Shown: positions 13,183-26,359 of the stretch, one piece after another
How the letters are laid out: each line of letters starts with the position of its first letter
How positions within the stretch are numbered: position 1 is the stretch's first letter
NCBI GenBank assembly: GCA_013239625.1
Contig: MU054187.1
Span: 16,570,941 to 16,634,940, forward strand
Source: Lama guanicoe
Lineage: Eukaryota
Direction of reading: 5' to 3'
Length of the DNA: 64,000 bases
Notes under the pieces: model-generated
Database searches by the model: none
What the model was told of the DNA's origin: nothing
The model's input: only the letters and a program-made list of their open reading frames with translations
Made by a program: the position numbers and the translations under genes

Positions 13183-13509
13183 GTATGCCACCTTCTGACC
13201 AAGATCTGTGGAAGACACACCCAGGGGCTGCATCCGTGGTGGTGCTCCAGTATTACTACTATTAAAGTTTAAAAAAGAAGGAAGGGAAGAAAGTAAGAAA
13301 AGAAAAACACAGGAAAAAAAAGTACAGGATTTCCAGAAGCCATGATTTCTAAGACATATTTAATATCTGGTTACCTGTAAACTGCCCTTGGGGGACCTCA
13401 GTGTCAATGATCAGGAGTATTTTGTGTGTTTCAATTCCTGAACACTATGGCCCTTGGTATCACACTGCTTGTAGCATACTCTAATTACCTCCGACTTATT
13501 TTCTTCCCT

Positions 13510-13627
13510 ATCTTGAAATTCCTTGAGGTCAAGGGTGATTTCTTATTCGCCTTTATACCCCTAGTGCCCACAAGAGTGCTTGCCACACAGTAGCTGCTCA
13601 ATAAATATTTCTTCAAAGAATCAATGA
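13510..13627 (+). mobile_element. L2 3' end
   Basis: ccttgaggtcaagg...cacacagtagctgctcaataaatatttc...gaatcaatgaa is the typical L2 tail. Confidence 0.75.
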
Positions 13628-13717
13628 AGCAGAAACCTTTCCTGACAAGGTTTATTGGCATTTAAGGTGTGGGCTTGCCTCCTCCCATCAGTGATGCTTA
13701 TGCCTCCTTCCCTGCAG

Positions 13718-16700
13718 GTGAAAGCCCAATGGATGACAGAAGTATGGCGGGTCTTGACGCTTCCAAGGCTAGCATGGAAGTAAAGAGTGAGGAGCAGAAA
13801 CCAACGAAAGAAGCCACAGACGTGTCGGAATGGAATAAGAACAGCAGTAAGGATATGAAAATCTCCGACCCACTGCAAGATCAGTTAAGTGAACAGCAAA
13901 AAAGGCAACCACTCTCCGTGTCGGACCGCCACGTTTATAAGTATCGCTGTAACCACTGCAGCTTGGCTTTTAAGACTATGCAAAAGCTTCAGATACATTC
14001 CCAGTATCACGCGATTCGGGCTGCGACGATGTGTAATCTCTGCCAGCGTAGTTTCCGTACATTCCAGGCTTTAAAAAAACACTTGGAAGCAGGCCACCCA
14101 GAACTGAGCGAAGCCGAGCTTCAGCAGTTATATGCCTCCTTGCCCGTGAATGGTGAACTGTGGGCAGAGACTGAAACTATGGCCCAGGACGACCACGCCC
14201 TCGAGCAGGAAATGGAGAGAGACTACGAGGTGGACCACGAAGGCAAGGCAAGTCCTGTAGGGAGTGACAGCAGCTCTATTCCAGACGACACGGGCTCTGA
14301 ACCAAAGCGGACCTTACCTTTTAGAAAAGGGCCAAATTTTACGATGGAAAAATTCCTCGACCCATCTCGCCCATATAAATGTACAGTGTGTAAAGAGTCG
14401 TTCACCCAAAAGAACATTCTCTTGGTCCATTATAACTCAGTGTCTCACCTGCATAAGTTGAAAAAGGTCTTGCAGGAAGCCTCCAGTCCCGTTCCTCAAG
14501 AAACCAACAGCAGCACAGATAACAAACCCTACAAGTGCAGCATCTGCAACGTGGCATACAGCCAAAGCTCGACCTTGGAAATCCACATGAGGTCCGTGCT
14601 CCACCAGACAAAGGCGAGGGCTGCAAAGCTGGACCCCAGCGGCCATGCAACCGGCGGGCACGGCGTGGCAGCCAGCATGAACAGTCCCGGCCAAGGGATG
14701 TTAGAGTCCATGAGTTTAGCTGCAGCCAGCAGCAAAGATACCCACTTAGATGCCAAAGAATTGAATAAAAAGCCAACTCCAGAATTAATCTCTGCTCAGC
14801 CTACCCACCACCCAGCGCAGTCACCAGCACAAATTCAGATGCAGCTGCAACACGAGTTGCAACAGCAGGCAGCGTTCTTTCAGCCTCAGTTTCTCAACCC
14901 CGCCTTTCTGCCTCATTTCCCCATGACCCCCGAGGCGCTGCTGCAGTTTCAGCAGCCTCAGTTTCTCTTCCCGTTCTACATCCCTGGGACGGAGTTCAGC
15001 CTGGGGCCGGACTTGGGCCTGCCGGGCTCTGCGGCATTTGGGATGCCCGGCATGGCGGGGATGGCCGGGTCCTTGCTTGAAGACTTGAAGCAGCAGATTC
15101 AAACCCAACAACATCACGTTGGCCAAACTCAACTCCAGCTACTCCAGCAACAAGCGCAACAGTACCAGGCCACACAGCCCCAGCTGCAGCCCCCAAAACA
15201 GCAGCAGCAGCAGCAGCAGGCAAGCAAATCACTGAAACAGGAGCAGGCGCCCCCGGCCAGTGCCGACTGCGCAGCAGCTGCGAAAGACGCACCTTCTTAC
15301 AAGGAGGCGGAAGAGATCACCGAAAAGCAAGACAAGCCAAAGCAAGAATCTATAAGTGAAGGGGAAGGGCTCAAAGAAGGCAAAGACGGAAAGAAGCAGA
15401 AATCCTTGGAACCGTCCGTCCTGCCGCCCCGAATCGCTTCAGGGGCCAGAGGCAACGCAGCCAAAGCATTACTGGAAAACTTCGGTTTCGAACTGGTCAT
15501 TCAGTACAACGAGAACAGGCAGAAGGTGCAGAAGAAGGGCAAGAGTGGCGACGGCGACAACACGGAGAAGCTGGAATGCGGCACGTGCGGGAAGTTGTTT
15601 TCCAACGTTCTTATTCTCAAGAGTCACCAAGAACACGTGCACGGCCAGTTTTTTCCCTACGGAGCCCTAGAAAAATTTGCCCGTCAGTACCGGGAGGCCT
15701 ATGACAAGCTTTATCCAATCTCTCCATCTTCTCCGGAAACGCCGCCGCCGCCGCCGCCCCCGCCGCCCCCGCTGCCAACGGCGCCTCCGCAGCCTTCTGC
15801 CCTGGGTCCCGTCAAACTCCCAGGCTCCGTGTCCACCCCGCTCCAGGCCCCGCCGCCCACAAAGCCCCCGCCCCCTCCGCCCTCCGCGCCCCCGCAGGTC
15901 CAGCTGCCCGTGTCTCTGGACCTGCCGCTCTTTCCCTCCATCATGATGCAGCCGGTGCAGCACCCCGCACTTCCTCCCCAGCTCGCCCTGCAGCTGCCCC
16001 AGATGGACACGCTCTCGGCCGACCTCACTCAGCTCTGCCAGCAGCAGCTCGGGCTGGATCCCAACTTCCTGCGGCATTCTCAGTTCAAACGCCCGCGGAC
16101 GAGGATTACGGATGACCAGCTGAAAATCCTGAGGGCTTATTTTGACATCAATAATTCTCCGAGTGAAGAACAGATCCAGGAAATGGCAGAGAAATCTGGT
16201 CTCTCTCAGAAAGTCATCAAGCACTGGTTTCGAAATACGCTTTTTAAGGAGCGGCAGAGAAATAAGGATTCACCCTACAACTTCAGTAACCCTCCCATAA
16301 CTGTTCTGGAAGATATCAGAATCGACCCACAGCCCTCCTCTTTAGAACCTTACAAATCGGATGCATCCTTCAGTAAGAGGTCTTCTAGGACCCGGTTTAC
16401 TGACTACCAGCTTAGGGTCCTTCAAGACTTCTTTGACACAAACGCTTACCCGAAAGATGATGAAATAGAACAACTTTCCACTGTTCTCAATCTGCCCACC
16501 CGGGTTATTGTTGTATGGTTCCAGAATGCTCGTCAGAAGGCCCGGAAGAGTTACGAGAATCAAGCAGAGGCTAAAGATAATGAAAAAAGAGAACTCACTA
16601 ATGAGCGGTATATTCGAACGAGCAACATGCAGTACCAGTGTAAGAAGTGCAATGTGGTTTTCCCCCGGATCTTTGACTTGATTACACATCAGAAAAAGCA

Positions 16701-19072
16701 GTGTTACAAGGACGAAGACGACGATGCCCAAGACGAAAGCCAAACCGAAGACTCCATGGACGCCACGGACCAGGTGGTGTACAAGCATTGCACGGCGCCT
16801 GGCCAGACCGACGCAGCCAAAAGTGCGCCTGCCCCCGCGGTAAGTTCTGGCTCCGGGACTAGTACCCCGCTGATTCCATCACCCAAACCAGAACCTGAGA
16901 AGACGTCTCCAAAACCTGAATATCCCACAGAAAAGCCAAAGCAGAGTGACCCCTCGCCCCCTTCTCAAGGCATCAAACCAGCCCTGCCACTAGCATCGAC
17001 TTCCTCAGACCCACCGCCGGCCTTGGCCGCTCAGCCGCAGCCACCGCCACCGAAACCACCCCAACTTCTCGGAAGACCTCCCTCGGCCTCTCAGACCCCA
17101 GTCCCCTCCAGCCCACTGCAGATTTCCATGACTTCTCTCCAGAACAGTCTACCTCCGCAGTTACTACAATACCAATGTGATCAGTGCACAGTTGCCTTCC
17201 CGACTCTGGAACTCTGGCAGGAGCACCAGCACATGCACTTCCTCGCTGCTCAAAACCAGTTCCTTCACTCTCCGTTCTTGGAACGGCCCATGGACATGCC
17301 CTACATGATATTCGACCCCAACAACCCACTGATGACGGGACAGCTGCTGAGTGGTTCTCTCACACAGATGCCCCCGCAGACCGCCGCCTCGCACGCCGCC
17401 GCGCCCGCCACCGTGGCCACTTCCCTTAAAAGGAAACTGGATGACAAAGAAGACACCAACTGCAGTGAGAAGGAAGGCGGGAACAGCGGTGAGGACCAGC
17501 ACCGTGATAAACGCTTGAGAACCACCATCACCCCGGAGCAACTGGAAATACTCTATGAAAAATACTTACTGGATTCCAATCCTACCCGGAAGATGCTTGA
17601 TCATATCGCCCGCGAAGTAGGGCTGAAGAAACGAGTCGTGCAGGTCTGGTTCCAGAACACGCGCGCGCGAGAAAGGAAAGGCCAGTTCCGGGCGGTGGGC
17701 CCGGCCCAGTCCCATAAGCGGTGTCCGTTCTGCCGAGCCCTGTTCAAGGCCAAGTCAGCCCTGGAAAGCCACATTCGCTCCCGGCACTGGAATGAAGGAA
17801 AGCAGGCAGGTTACAGTTTGCCCCCAAGCCCTTTGATATCCGCGGAAGATGGGGGAGAAAGTCCGCAGAAATACATTTATTTTGATTATCCCTCTTTGCC
17901 ATTGACGAAAATTGATCTCTCCAGTGAGAATGAATTGGCTTCTACGGTGTCAACGCCAGTGAGTAAAACAGCAGAGCTGTCGCCAAAGAATCTTCTGAGC
18001 CCTTCTTCTTTTAAAGCAGAGTGCCCCGAGGATGTGGAGAATTTAAATGCCCCTCCTGCAGAGGCCGGGTATGATCAGAATAAGACTGATTTTGATGAGA
18101 CTTCGTCCATTAACACAGCCATCAGTGACGCCACCACTGGAGACGAGGGGAACGCCGAGATGGAAAGCACCACAGGAAGTTCCGGAGATGTGAAGCCAGC
18201 TTTATCCCCTAAAGAGCCGAAAACGCTGGACACTTTGCCCAAAACAGCAACCACACCCACCACGGAGGTCTGCGAGGAAAAATTTCTCTTTTCTCTCACC
18301 AGCCCCTCGATACCTTTCAACGATAAAGACGGTGACCACGACCAAAGCTTTTATATCACCGATGACCCTGACGACAATGCTGACCGCAGTGAAACGTCCA
18401 GCATCGCGGACCCGAGTTCGCCAAACCCATTTGGATCCAGCAATCCTTTTAAATCCAAAAGTAACGATCGGCCAGGTCACAAGCGTTTCAGAACCCAAAT
18501 GAGCAATCTTCAACTCAAGGTTCTCAAGGCTTGCTTTAGTGACTACCGAACTCCAACCATGCAAGAGTGCGAAATGCTAGGGAATGAGATTGGTCTGCCC
18601 AAACGCGTGGTCCAGGTGTGGTTCCAGAATGCCAGGGCCAAGGAAAAGAAATTTAAAATCAACATAGGGAAGCCTTTCATGATCAATCAAAGTGGAACGG
18701 AAGGCACCAAACCAGAGTGTACCCTCTGTGGGGTGAAGTACTCTGCCCGCTTGTCCATCAGAGATCACATTTTCTCCAAACAGCACATTTCAAAAGTGAG
18801 GGAGACCGTTGGGAGTCAGCTTGATCGGGAGAAAGATTACTTGGCCCCGACAACCGTTCGACAGCTGATGGCACAGCAAGAACTTGACCGGATCAAGAAA
18901 GCCTCAGATGTGCTGGGCTTAGCGGTCCAGCAGCCGAGCGTGATGGACAGCAGCTCCCTTCATGGCATCAGTCTGCCAGCAGCCTATCCAGGACTCCCCG
19001 GCCTTCCCCCAGTCCTTCTCCCTGGAATGAACGGTCCATCCTCTTTGCCTGGATTTCCACAAAATTCAAACA
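13718..19072 (+). CDS. ZFHX4: ZFHX4 giant penultimate exon (5355 nt): multiple C2H2 fingers and four homeodomains
   Basis: Lies within the 1810-aa ORF. Acceptor ccttccctgcag|GT and donor AAC A|gtaagt. Homeodomains at ~16084-16263 (HWFRN), ~16375-16554, ~17506-17685 and ~18478-18657 (VWFQN). Sequence matches ZFHX4 rather than ZFHX3. Confidence 0.97.
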
Positions 19073-22000
19073 GTAAGTCATTTCAAGGAGAGTCAGTCTA
19101 ATTAATTAAGTGATATTAGGCAGCCAATGACCTGTACCAAGAACAGGAGACATTGGATCTCTCTTAATTTCAGTAAGTAAAACCATTAAGTTATTTGAAA
19201 TATATATTTTAGTGGCATAGTTAATAAGCCAACCTGAACGTAGGCAGAAAAATAAAGACCAGGTAGATCAGCCAGAAATATATCATTAATATCATTACAT
19301 CTTTATGTCATAGAAACATTCCTTTTATATCCTCATTGCAAAACCAATTTCAAATGGCATTTCAGTACACACAAGTGGCACAAAATCTGGGATACATACT
19401 AAGAAAATGAAGCATTAAGTAATACGTTAATTGGCATCTTAATTTATGTTAGGAGACTTTTTCTTTTTTGGTTTTGTGCTTTTTGGGGTCTTTTCCCCCC
19501 ATGAATGACAGGAAGTTCAAAAGCTGGGGGCCTTCTAGATACAGGAATTCCCCCACATTACACCTCGCAGGTAATAAAGCTAATATATATAGAAAGTTTA
19601 ACTACTAAAAATATGACTTCTGTGACAATTTGTAATTGAGCATTGCTATATGATTTTGCTTTTTGTAGCAGCCATTGTTGCTTACTATTTAAGTAAATTT
19701 TCAACCTTAGAAACAAATTCATATTACTCCATGCCTTTCTACCACCACCCTCGGCCAAGATTTATGATTAAGACAGAACAAAATGGTTAAGTTGTTTGAG
19801 GCAATCCCAGATGGTGAATCCAGCTCTCTTGTTTATGAAGGGAAGTGCAGTTTGTACAGTTCCAGTTTTGTGAGTAAGTGTAGGTAGCTAATTATAGCAG
19901 GTTGAAAAAAATTGAATATAATGTGGTAGGCAGTCATGTAGCCAAACATACAACAAACGTTGTATGTTATCCGAAATAGAAAAAAATGATTCTCATTTCT
20001 TCTTTAAAGTCTGTTTTATTTTCTAAATTACAGTGATTTTTTTTCTTTCTAAAAGGAAATCATGACATTCCAAAGACACATCTAGAATGAACCAATTACA
20101 TACTATCTAGAAAGTTTCCAAAGCACAAAAGGAAAGCTTTTTTCATTTTCCCAAATTGGACTTTTACATAAATATTAAACTTGTCAATGTTATCCTTCTC
20201 TTAATGGCAATTTTTATTTTAATATGCCTTTGGGAGATATTCCTATTTTAACTTTCAGCTTGGGAGACATGAAAACAGCGATGTCACGTGACCACTTAGC
20301 CACTGCCAGCTTCTCTGGTTCCCTGTCCAGAATGACTTGTCGGCATTAGAGAGAAACAGAATGGCTCTACACATACAAAGAATTTTACCAAGAAAATTTC
20401 TGCAACATCCTTTCCTTGAACTATCACACCAGCTACCTTCCCCTGCCCACTCCTATTCTTTGGGCTTAATTATCTGGATATTCTTTGGGCCTTAAATATT
20501 AAAGCTACAATTATGTGTTTTGTTTGTACCTTTCAATTAAGTCAAATATAATTAGTTTAAGAATAATTCGATGGCTGTACTTTTTTTTTGCCTATGGATG
20601 TATTAGTCTTCTAGTCTCTTTATATATCACTGTGATTATTAATTGACACCTAGAAAAATGTCTTAAGTGAAAAAACTCCTGTATGACCAGTTATGTAAAA
20701 TAGTCTTTCCACATGTCTAATGTGGAAAACGCCTATGAACACTTCATGTAAATTTTACAGTTATGTAAAACAGAGTAAAATTTGGGCTGAGAACAGTTCA
20801 AGTAACTGTACCTTTAATCCACAAGTCAGCTTTGATTGATGACGCCCGTGTAGTCACCCCCCACAAGTGGTGGTCAGTGCATCTTATTTTTCTCTCCACT
20901 GGATCAGAAGGCCTTTGCGTGGACACTGGGTCCTTTGCTGACTGCCCTTTGGGTTTTTCACTCTGAAACTGGTACCCAGAGGACCTGTATTGAACAAAGC
21001 CAGGAGGGAGGAGAGAGAAGGTGTTTATGAAATACTTAAACAGCCTAACCTTCCTCCTCATTCGGTGCACCATAAAAATAAGTTACATCCTCCCCCTGAA
21101 ATATGGGCCCACTTTGTAAATATCAGAGTTGTGAGAAGATGTTGGAGGCAGGCCCTCCTCAGGGAGCATTGTCTCAAAAAGCATCTGGTACTGTGGAACC
21201 CAGCGCCATGTATCTGCTGCTTCATTAAATCATGGACCAAAACAGACTAGAGTGTTATAAAAAGAAAGGTCCATGAACATACCTACTGGAATTTGCAATT
21301 CCTCTTAAATTAGTTCTTTGTTTGTAATGGAATTTAAACGTTAGCACAGCAGAGTTGTCAGCAGGATCCCACTGGCGAGCCTGCATTCCCACACTTTGCG
21401 CTCACATCTTTTTTAGGTTAATTTATCTGTGGTGGGTCATGCTGAAGAGTTTAATCACCTCATGGAGTAGAACTGTGGTTCTCCATCTTTCTATCAGCAT
21501 CTTTCTACTGTATTATTTTTCGTCAAACAGGTATCTCCTTTGCTTAATGGGAGAAACAGACATCCCAGCTACTTGAAATCAAAAGGAGAAAATTACTTCT
21601 TAAGTAGAATATTCTTGTATTTCTCACGTGCCCTGAGCTCTTCTAACAGTTTGTTATCTGCATGGATAAACTTTGACAATATGACATGTTCATCTTGGGC
21701 CCATTATTTAATGGGATTTAGTTATGGAAAAGTCTTCATTTTAAAGGCACCCCATCCCTCTAAAGGTAGATTTCAAGGTTTTGTTCCTAAGCAAATCACT
21801 ACAAAGAGACTCCACTGAATGAGATATGCCATAAAGTAAGTAATGTCTGATTGCAAAGGCTGCACCCCCAAAATTGACTTAATTGCATTATACATGTTCA
21901 GTTTTAGCATTTACCAACCTCTTAAATTCCTGATTTAAATACCCATTTTGTTCTTTTTTGGGTGGAATTGCTGTTGTATTTTAGCAGCTTTAATTCTCAT

Positions 22001-25000
22001 AAAATTTCCTTACCTTACTTTCAGGAAATCTTCAAATTATTTAGTCTGTCAAGATCACAAAGACGGCTCTTTCAAGAGTAATACCCATCATGTTTGCTGC
22101 TTCCTGAACAATGACTCAGCCCTGTGCTCGGGAGCACTGCTTACTAGCACTCATTTTTTAATAAAAGGAATTATTTTCTGCTAACTTTTGTCTTTTTCTA
22201 TCATGATCATATGCAAAAAGAGAAAATGTCAATAGAAAATCATGTGCCTTAACACCTGGAAAAAATTAGAAAACTTTACATTTTTACCCTTCAGGACGTT
22301 AGCTTCTTCTGGCATTTTGCTCAAGAGGAATAGGAAAATAACTTGATTTTTTAATTTTTAACTGATTTCCTTTATTGTTTTAAGCAGTGTCTGATTTTTA
22401 TATGATCCATTAGTTTTTGGAAAAACTGCCTAACCCCATTTCCTTAAATGGAACTTTAGAACATGCCTTTTGCATTTTTCTCATACTTCAGTGTAATTTA
22501 CTAGCACATTTGGGGTAAATCTAGATGCAAGTAAGTCTTTAATAATTTTGGCACAATTGTCCTTGGCCCGTGTACATAATTAGTTTTATTTTTCACTTCA
22601 AGAGCAGATTTTCCCTCTGGGAGACCTAGATCAAAGAAACTTGGGGAAAAGAGAACACATCTACACTCATCGTGAGACAGGCATTTTCTTTTGGAAGCAT
22701 GACTTTCGGGAATATGAAGCTGTCTCGGGAAAACAAAACCAAACAAAATGATGGTAGCATGAGATTATCTGTAGAAAAACTTCCATCTCTCAGTGAAATT
22801 TCAAAGAATTGGAGTAAGAGTTAGGGAACAGGAAAGAATGCATCTTTGTAGTCACCACCACTTATTTTGTATCATGATTACCATTCAGTTTTTCTCTTCT
22901 ATTTCTGGTTTTCATATATCAGTTGACAGCTGAACTTTTGACTGCCGGTTTTTATAAGTTTGTGTCTTTTCCTCGTAGCCCCAATGTACATTATTCATTA
23001 TCTTTGGTCTGTTTCTCTTTTCTTAACATTTTTACTTAACAGTTGATCGTTTAACTTGACTCACTCCTCAAGATGTTGAATTCCTAAAATGCTTATAGTC
23101 TTTGACTGTAGTAGTTGGGATTCCTATTCCTATTCCTATTCCTATTGTAATAAAAATTTTCATTATTTCACTATATGACCTCTGGATAGGAATTTGTAGA
23201 CCCCCATCTGATGGGAAAGCCTGAGCTAAAAATTCACTACTTATCTACTCACTTTCTAACTAGTATTGCTATTTTTTTTTTTAGGTCTTAGTTCATTACA
23301 ATTTCTCTTGTCTTAAATTCTCATGTCAGAGGGATGAGCCACCAATTTCCTTAGATTTAGTGGGGGAAAGCCCTCAGGTGAGAGGGCGTGCAGTTACTGA
23401 GTATGAAGTCTGGGTTTACTAGACCCAGAACTAAGGTTGGCTTTATGAATGAGCAAAAGAAGCTAGCTACCAACATAATATCATTCTAACAGTGCAAAGA
23501 AGGATCTCCTGTCCTCAGTGAATCTTCTTCTACCTGAATCACTCATGCCTGAAATTCTGTAATTAGATATTAATTCTTCTGACTTAGTCCATTATCTTCT
23601 GTTAAGTGTTTAGTGGAAAATAGCATAGAATATCATGAAATCAGAATATCATAGCAGGAAGAAACCTCAGATTATCTATTCTAGTATATATTGATCCTTT
23701 TCAATAAGAGGTGGTTTTTTTTCTTCCTTGCAAATAAAATTGTATAGAGAGGGAAGTAGAAAGAAGATCAAGATACCAGACATCATAGTGTAGGAATAAA
23801 GGCAAGGGAGTTGTGGGTTTGGATCCCCAAAAGCAATTCCATTATTTTACCATTTTCTCTAAGGCTAAGTCCCATGAATCTAAGAAGTCTATCACACTAA
23901 ATTGGATTAAAGATTTGGGGATTTACTTATTCATTGCTACTATATCCTGGGAAATCTTAAGCCATTTTCATTTAAATTTATTTCAAATATTTTAGCCATT
24001 CTTCTGTAAAATGTGGATACTCACTATATTTCTCTTGGATGTACAATATTATTATTTTCAAGGATTGTTTTTTCCATATTTGCATAGTTTACCATTTACA
24101 ATTGATCCAATTAGACAGGAAGACAAATTTGAGTGGCAGCTATAATATTTAGCTTCCCTACCACACATCTACCATCAAGTTGTAGATTTCTCTCTGTCAA
24201 GTCATTGCACAGCCCTAGGACTCGATTTTCTCCCCCAGAAAAATGGAATTTTTAGCATCTGCCCCCACTTACTATTGAGGATATTGAAAGACCCTTCTCT
24301 AACATGATGGAAATTTAGAGACTATTACTGATACAACCACAGAAATTATTTCAAAGCAGGTCGGAGAAGAGTTGGCTGTGGTAAGGTTACTAAGAAGAGC
24401 AGCCGGTAATAAGCTAGGCTAATTGACAGTAATATGATCATGATTAGGGTCAAGTTGAGTGTGATGTTGAGGACTTGAGTGTGTCCTGGATGCTAAGCCT
24501 AAGACAAGCTTTCTCCATTGCATAAAGACCAATCAAGAAACTAAAGTTTTTTCTAGCTAAAAAAATGGAAACACATAGTTTTTGTGTCATTTTTCATTTT
24601 TGAACACTCAAATGTTGCATTTCTCATAGAGCTTAAGACTTGAACCAGTATTTAAAAGATGGTTGTCTTATCTCTTACGATCATTTTCTCTCTAGCTATG
24701 CACTAATAACTTAAACTTCATTCGCCTTCTCCCAGTTAATTCTTCCATCAGCCCAGTGGGTCTCCATCATGGTCATTGTCCTGATCACTTGGTGGTGAGC
24801 CTTCCCTCCTTCAGGAATGAACCACCACCCAATTAGGCTTCCAGTCTGTTCCTTTGGTGGTCAACTGTGTTTGCCTCTAAAAATCAGAAAGGCACAGACT
24901 TTTACAATTCCCTTTTCTATCCTGAGCTGTCTTAGTTTCTCACCCAGTTCTCCAGCTTATAAAAGTGGCTTCGTAATACCTTACTACTAGCCACCGCATT

Positions 25001-25894
25001 AGATCGAGTACTTGAAATCCAGCAAAGATCTCTTCTGTTTCAATACCAGTCATACTCTACCCTGTGTGTGTCTGCCCACTGACCACTTGGTTTCCCTTCT
25101 CTAATGGGGTGGGGGCCGTTTTTGCATACTACCAGCAAACCCAGACGCAGCATGTTTTGGGGGTGATGAAGTCGAGTGTTAATATGTTCAGTCCCTATCA
25201 AGTACTCTGTTAGGCAAAGTGCCCAGATGGTACTGAGCAGCTTACCCTGTACACTTAACAATGGCATCAGACCTCACCATGCTCAGTCCTGGTCAAGAAG
25301 AGCTGTGACTACACTGTTGCTTGTTTTCCGGTGTCATCAGTTGTCATTTACTTTTGCTATTTAATTAGCTTATCCCCTTCTTTATTTGACACAAATTTGT
25401 TTTCCTACTGGAACTTAGGCAGATGGACTTCATTTTACTTGATAGCTAATTACTTTTCGTGAATGTGATAATTATCAGACTGCTCAAGTGGAGGACCAGT
25501 GGGCCCGCCTTTCCAGAGGTACAATCACAATTGGTTACAGTAAAGAACAGAGTAGGAATCTTGCAGAGTGTCAGTTAGGAGTACCCAACTGCTGGTCGCC
25601 ATGATGTCCTTGTTCTAACAGTCTATCTTTCATGTGATGGGAGCCTTTTTTATTTTTTTTTCTGTTTTCTCCCAAACTTTTTTATTCTTATATAATATTT
25701 ATTCCAGAATTCATATACTATCATATAGACTTTACGCACTAGGTGTTGCTTTTATAATTAAAATTGTATCATGAACATTTTTCACGTCATTGAAATTCAT
25801 TAAAATATTATTAAAACAACCAAGTATTCCATCAAATGGACATTCCATGATTTGTTTGGCTATGAATCTATTGTGAAACATTTAGGTAATTTCC

Positions 25895-26114
25895 TTTTTA
25901 TTTCTTTTTTACATTTTTTTATTGATTCATAATCATTTTTACAGTGTTGTGTCAAATTCCAGCGTTCAGCATGTTCAGCACAATTTTTCAGTCATTCATG
26001 GACATATACACACTCATTGTCACATTTTTTTCTCTGTGAGTTATCATAACATTTTGTGTATATTTCCCTGTGCTATATAGTGTAATCTTGTTTATCTATT
26101 CTACAATTTTGAAA
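25895..26114 (-). mobile_element. Young, 5'-truncated L1 3' end (part of composite insertion 25650-26114)
   Basis: Similar to the other L1 3'-UTR copies in this window (tttacagtgttgtgtcaaattccag, tatatttccctgtgct). T-rich tail at ~25895-25920. Confidence 0.8.
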
Positions 26115-26359
26115 GGGAGCCTTTTGTTTTCAGAGTAAAATATTGCTCAACCGTGTAGATGGCATTCCTGAGAGTCGTGGTGGGGGTTAACACCAATAGA
26201 AGAAAGATGATAAACTCAGAAAAGCTGGTGCGGGCGACTTCTCCTGGTGTGTGTAATACGTCTTTTCGGACACCGCCCACGTCGGCAGGGACTTCTGTTT
26301 AGGGGTTCAGCATCAGTCTTCCGTGCACTGACAGTGGGCATGTCTCTTATTGTTTTCAG

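Noticed and set aside
13669..13717. 5' extension of the 1810-aa ORF ([16 protein letters not shown]) as an independent gene start
   Set aside because: It starts at GTG inside the intron's branch/pyrimidine tract. The true exon begins after the AG at 13717.
14223..18786. Numerous antisense ORFs opposite the giant exon
   Set aside because: These are expected shadows of a GC-rich coding exon, with no recognisable domains.
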